A stretch of 64,000 bases of DNA from an uncultured Acidimicrobiales bacterium (GTDB taxonomy: Bacteria; Actinomycetota; Acidimicrobiia; Acidimicrobiales; UBA10347): the NCBI GenBank assembly GCA_943788915.1, contig CALSSD010000005.1, forward strand, positions 248,001-312,000. Reading direction: 5' to 3'. Positions 61,667 through 64,000 of this stretch are shown here, piece after piece. The translations under genes were made by a program, and so were the position numbers. Every line of letters starts with the position of its first letter. Within the stretch, counting starts at the first letter, position 1. The notes under the pieces were generated by a model that saw only the letters and a program-made list of their open reading frames with translations, did no database searches and was not told the origin of the DNA.

Positions 61667-62293
61667 ATGACCGCTCCGGTTGTAGTTGAAGTATTTAGCG
61701 ACTTTCTTTGACCGTGGTGTCATGTAGGCACCGTGCGTGTCGATGAACTAAAGCGCCGTATGGGCGACGCGATCGATGTCCAGTGGAAGAGTTTTCTTCT
61801 CGTTCCCGAACCAAAGATCAGATCGCTTGAGAAGTTCTCCCGCTACACCGAGTCGTGGCAGCGCCCAGCTGACATGGAGCCTGCGGCCAAGTTCACGACA
61901 CCGTGGGCATCTGGGGCAACTCCCCCATCCAGTTCCTTTCCGGCACAGATGGCGTGGAAAGCCAGCGCTCATTTCGGCGACGAGGCCCAGCAGCGCTATC
62001 ACCACGCACTCCTCGACGCGTACTTCGTGCAGAACCGCGACATCAGTAGTGGTCCCGAGCTGGCCGAAATCGCGCACGAATGCGATATCGACAAGGATGC
62101 ATTCGTCGAACTTTTCACCGAGCAGCATGACTCGTTGCGCGACATGGTCGCTGCCGACCACAACGATGCCATCGGACGGGGCGTAACCGCAGTCCCCACG
62201 GTCGTGTTAGCAGGTGCCTTCCCGGTACCCGGCGCACAAGACGTCGAAACCTACGAACGATTCGTATCGCGGGTCATCGAACGCAACCTGTAG
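61667..62293 (+). CDS. DsbA/FrnE-family oxidoreductase with in-frame UGA at the first CxxC Cys (candidate selenoprotein, UPWC)
   Basis: GGAG upstream; MTAPVVVEVFSDFL-TGA(61709-61711)-PWCHVGTVR in frame with ORF 61733-62293; C-terminal GVTAVPT and GAQ motifs. Confidence 0.8.
61713..61735 (+). promoter_or_regulatory. Candidate bacterial SECIS hairpin
   Basis: cgtggtgtc / atgta loop / ggcaccgtg (9 pairs, 3 of them GU) directly after the UGA. Confidence 0.4.
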
Positions 62294-62361
62294 GTTCATC
62301 ATCTGTCACGGTCAGACCGCGACATGCGCGGTATGAGCGCCACAGATGCTTTGGGAGATAG

Positions 62362-63612
62362 TTAGGCGGGTGCGGGCACGGTGTTGATGCCGCAGAACGG
62401 GCGCAAGACCTCGGGGACACTGAAACTGCCGTCGGCTTGCTGGTAGTGCTCCATCAGGAACACCAGCATGCGTGCGACCGGAATGGCTGTGCCATTCAGG
62501 GTGTGCACGAACTCGGATCCTGTTTCGGTCTTGACCCGGGTGTCTAGGCGGCGAGCCGAGTAGTCGAGGTAGTTTGAGCAGCTCGTCACTTCGCGATAGG
62601 CACCCTCGGACGGAAGCCACACTTCGCAGTCGTACTTCTTGGCCGCGGCATTACCCAGATCCCCCGCAGCGATATTGACGACTCGGTACGGCAACCCCAG
62701 CTCGTCGAGGATCTCTCGTTCGATCTCAAGCAGAAGCTCGTGTTCATCCCAGCTCTTCTCTGGCGGTGACCAGATGAACATTTCCACCTTGTCGAACTGA
62801 TGCACCCGGAAGATCCCGCGAGTGTCTTTGCCGTAGGTCCCCGCCTCGCGACGAAAACACGACGAGAATCCAGCGTAACGAAGCGGAAGTTTGTCGAGGT
62901 CGAGGCGATCCTTGCGGTGCATACCCGCGAGTGGCACTTCGGCCGTACCGACCAAGTACAAGTCATCTTCGGGCATTCCGTAGACCTGGTTCTGGTCGGT
63001 CGGGAAGAAGCCCGCATCGATCATCATCTGCTCGCGGACCAGGACAGGCGGCACGACCGGGTTGAAACCTCGGGCCACGAGTTTGCCCAGCGCCCACTGG
63101 ACCAGCGCAAACTCGATCTGGACCGCTGCACCAGTGATGTAGGCGAATCGCGAGCCGCTTACCTCGGCGCCCAGCTCGTTGTTGACCCACCCAATGTGTC
63201 GGCCGAAGTCGGCGTGGTCCATCGGCGGGGCCGCTGGTGTGCCGCCAATCGTGGCGATAACCGTGCCTTCGTCTTCGCCGCCGTCAGGAACAGACTCATG
63301 GGCAGGTAACGGCAGCTGCAGGGCCGCTGCCTTGAGCTCCGCGTCGAGCGCCCCATACACGGCCTCGGCTTCGGTCAGCTCGGCCTTCACCACGCCAGCA
63401 GCCTCGATCTTGGCTGGGCGTTCCTCGGGAGATGACTTTCCAATTTCCTTGGAGACCGTGTTTGATCGATTCCGCAATTCTTCAACCGAGAGCTGCATCT
63501 CTCGGTGTCGGGCGCTCAGATCGAGCACCTGGTCGACAAGCGCCGGGTCGGCACCTTTGCGCTCCATGCCGGCGCGGTACGCCGGATCGCTGAGTTGCTT
63601 GAGGTCAATCAC
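62362..63612 (-). CDS. serS: Serine-tRNA ligase
   Basis: SGSRF, YLVGTAEVPL, CFRREAGTYGKDTRGIFRVHQFDKVE, EVTSCSN, HTLNGT; TACGCT 6 nt upstream of GTG 63612. Confidence 0.97.
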   Translation of the reverse strand: MIDLKQLSDPAYRAGMERKGADPALVDQVLDLSARHREMQLSVEELRNRSNTVSKEIGKSSPEERPAKIEAAGVVKAELTEAEAVYGALDAELKAAALQLPLPAHESVPDGGEDEGTVIATIGGTPAAPPMDHADFGRHIGWVNNELGAEVSGSRFAYITGAAVQIEFALVQWALGKLVARGFNPVVPPVLVREQMMIDAGFFPTDQNQVYGMPEDDLYLVGTAEVPLAGMHRKDRLDLDKLPLRYAGFSSCFRREAGTYGKDTRGIFRVHQFDKVEMFIWSPPEKSWDEHELLLEIEREILDELGLPYRVVNIAAGDLGNAAAKKYDCEVWLPSEGAYREVTSCSNYLDYSARRLDTRVKTETGSEFVHTLNGTAIPVARMLVFLMEHYQQADGSFSVPEVLRPFCGINTVPAPA

Positions 63613-63667
63613 CCGGAAAGCGTACGCGGCGTTCGCTTCAGTCACTAACCAATATCGCTACCGACCT

Positions 63668-64000
63668 CTACGAGCGTGAAGCCACGACTGCGTTCGCGAT
63701 GGCCCGACCAACAGCTTCGAAGGCTGCCTCGGCAAGATTGTGAGGCTCCCCTGGCACCGTTCCTGCAGAAACAGCGAAACAAATATCGCCGTCGAAACTG
63801 GTGTGAGCAGGTCGCAAACACGCCCCGTAGGCATCGTGGGCCCGCACCAATAGCCGCCCGAGTTGAGCTCGAGTCAGAGCCGCATCGGTGGCGACGACGG
63901 CGAGTGTCGTGTTCTGGTTCGACTGCGGCGGCTTGGCCAACGGCCCGGCCACTGGAGGCCCGCCAGTAAGTGATTCACCTTCGAGCGAAAACACGTCGCC
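63668..64000 (-). CDS. P1/S58 (DmpA-like) peptidase, 3' part (cut by window edge)
   Basis: NTTLAVVATDA, AHD....RPAHT.FDGD..F. Confidence 0.85.
   Translation of the reverse strand, partial: GDVFSLEGESLTGGPPVAGPLAKPPQSNQNTTLAVVATDAALTRAQLGRLLVRAHDAYGACLRPAHTSFDGDICFAVSAGTVPGEPHNLAEAAFEAVGRAIANAVVASRS

Noticed and set aside
8910..61711. UGA reassigned to Trp (code 4), suggested by TGA at Trp positions in TauD
   Set aside because: Many intact genes here end in TGA at their natural C-termini and use TGG for Trp; TauD is independently broken by a deletion, and the DsbA TGA is at a Cys position.

Overview
High-GC actinobacterial chromosomal segment, most likely Acidimicrobiia (inferred from gene content: WhiB7-like regulator, MMPL, actinobacterial-type CCA-enzyme C-terminus, widespread leaderless genes). 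It holds about 55 housekeeping, metabolic, transport and stress genes (cdd, sdaA, kup, dut, orn, whiB7, ccdA/tlpA, ada-alkA/ogt, pdxH, two crcB, serS) and several decayed gene remnants. I found no rRNA, tRNA, CRISPR array, transposase or integrase. Single-base frameshifts cluster at about 3.9-22.3 kb and 55-61.4 kb and look like read or assembly errors. Most notable signals: (1) a DsbA/FrnE-family gene, missed by the ORF track, whose first CxxC cysteine is an in-frame UGA (U-P-W-C) followed by a hairpin, i.e. a candidate selenoprotein directly downstream of a Fluc pair; (2) a complete uORF/antiterminator/terminator attenuator upstream of whiB7; (3) a 33-34 bp REP-like palindrome family, two copies of which bracket a methyltransferase and overlap stop codons; (4) a stand-alone 'headless' CCA-enzyme HD protein; (5) an acoX-acoC-poly-gamma-glutamate hydrolase operon with no E1 genes.
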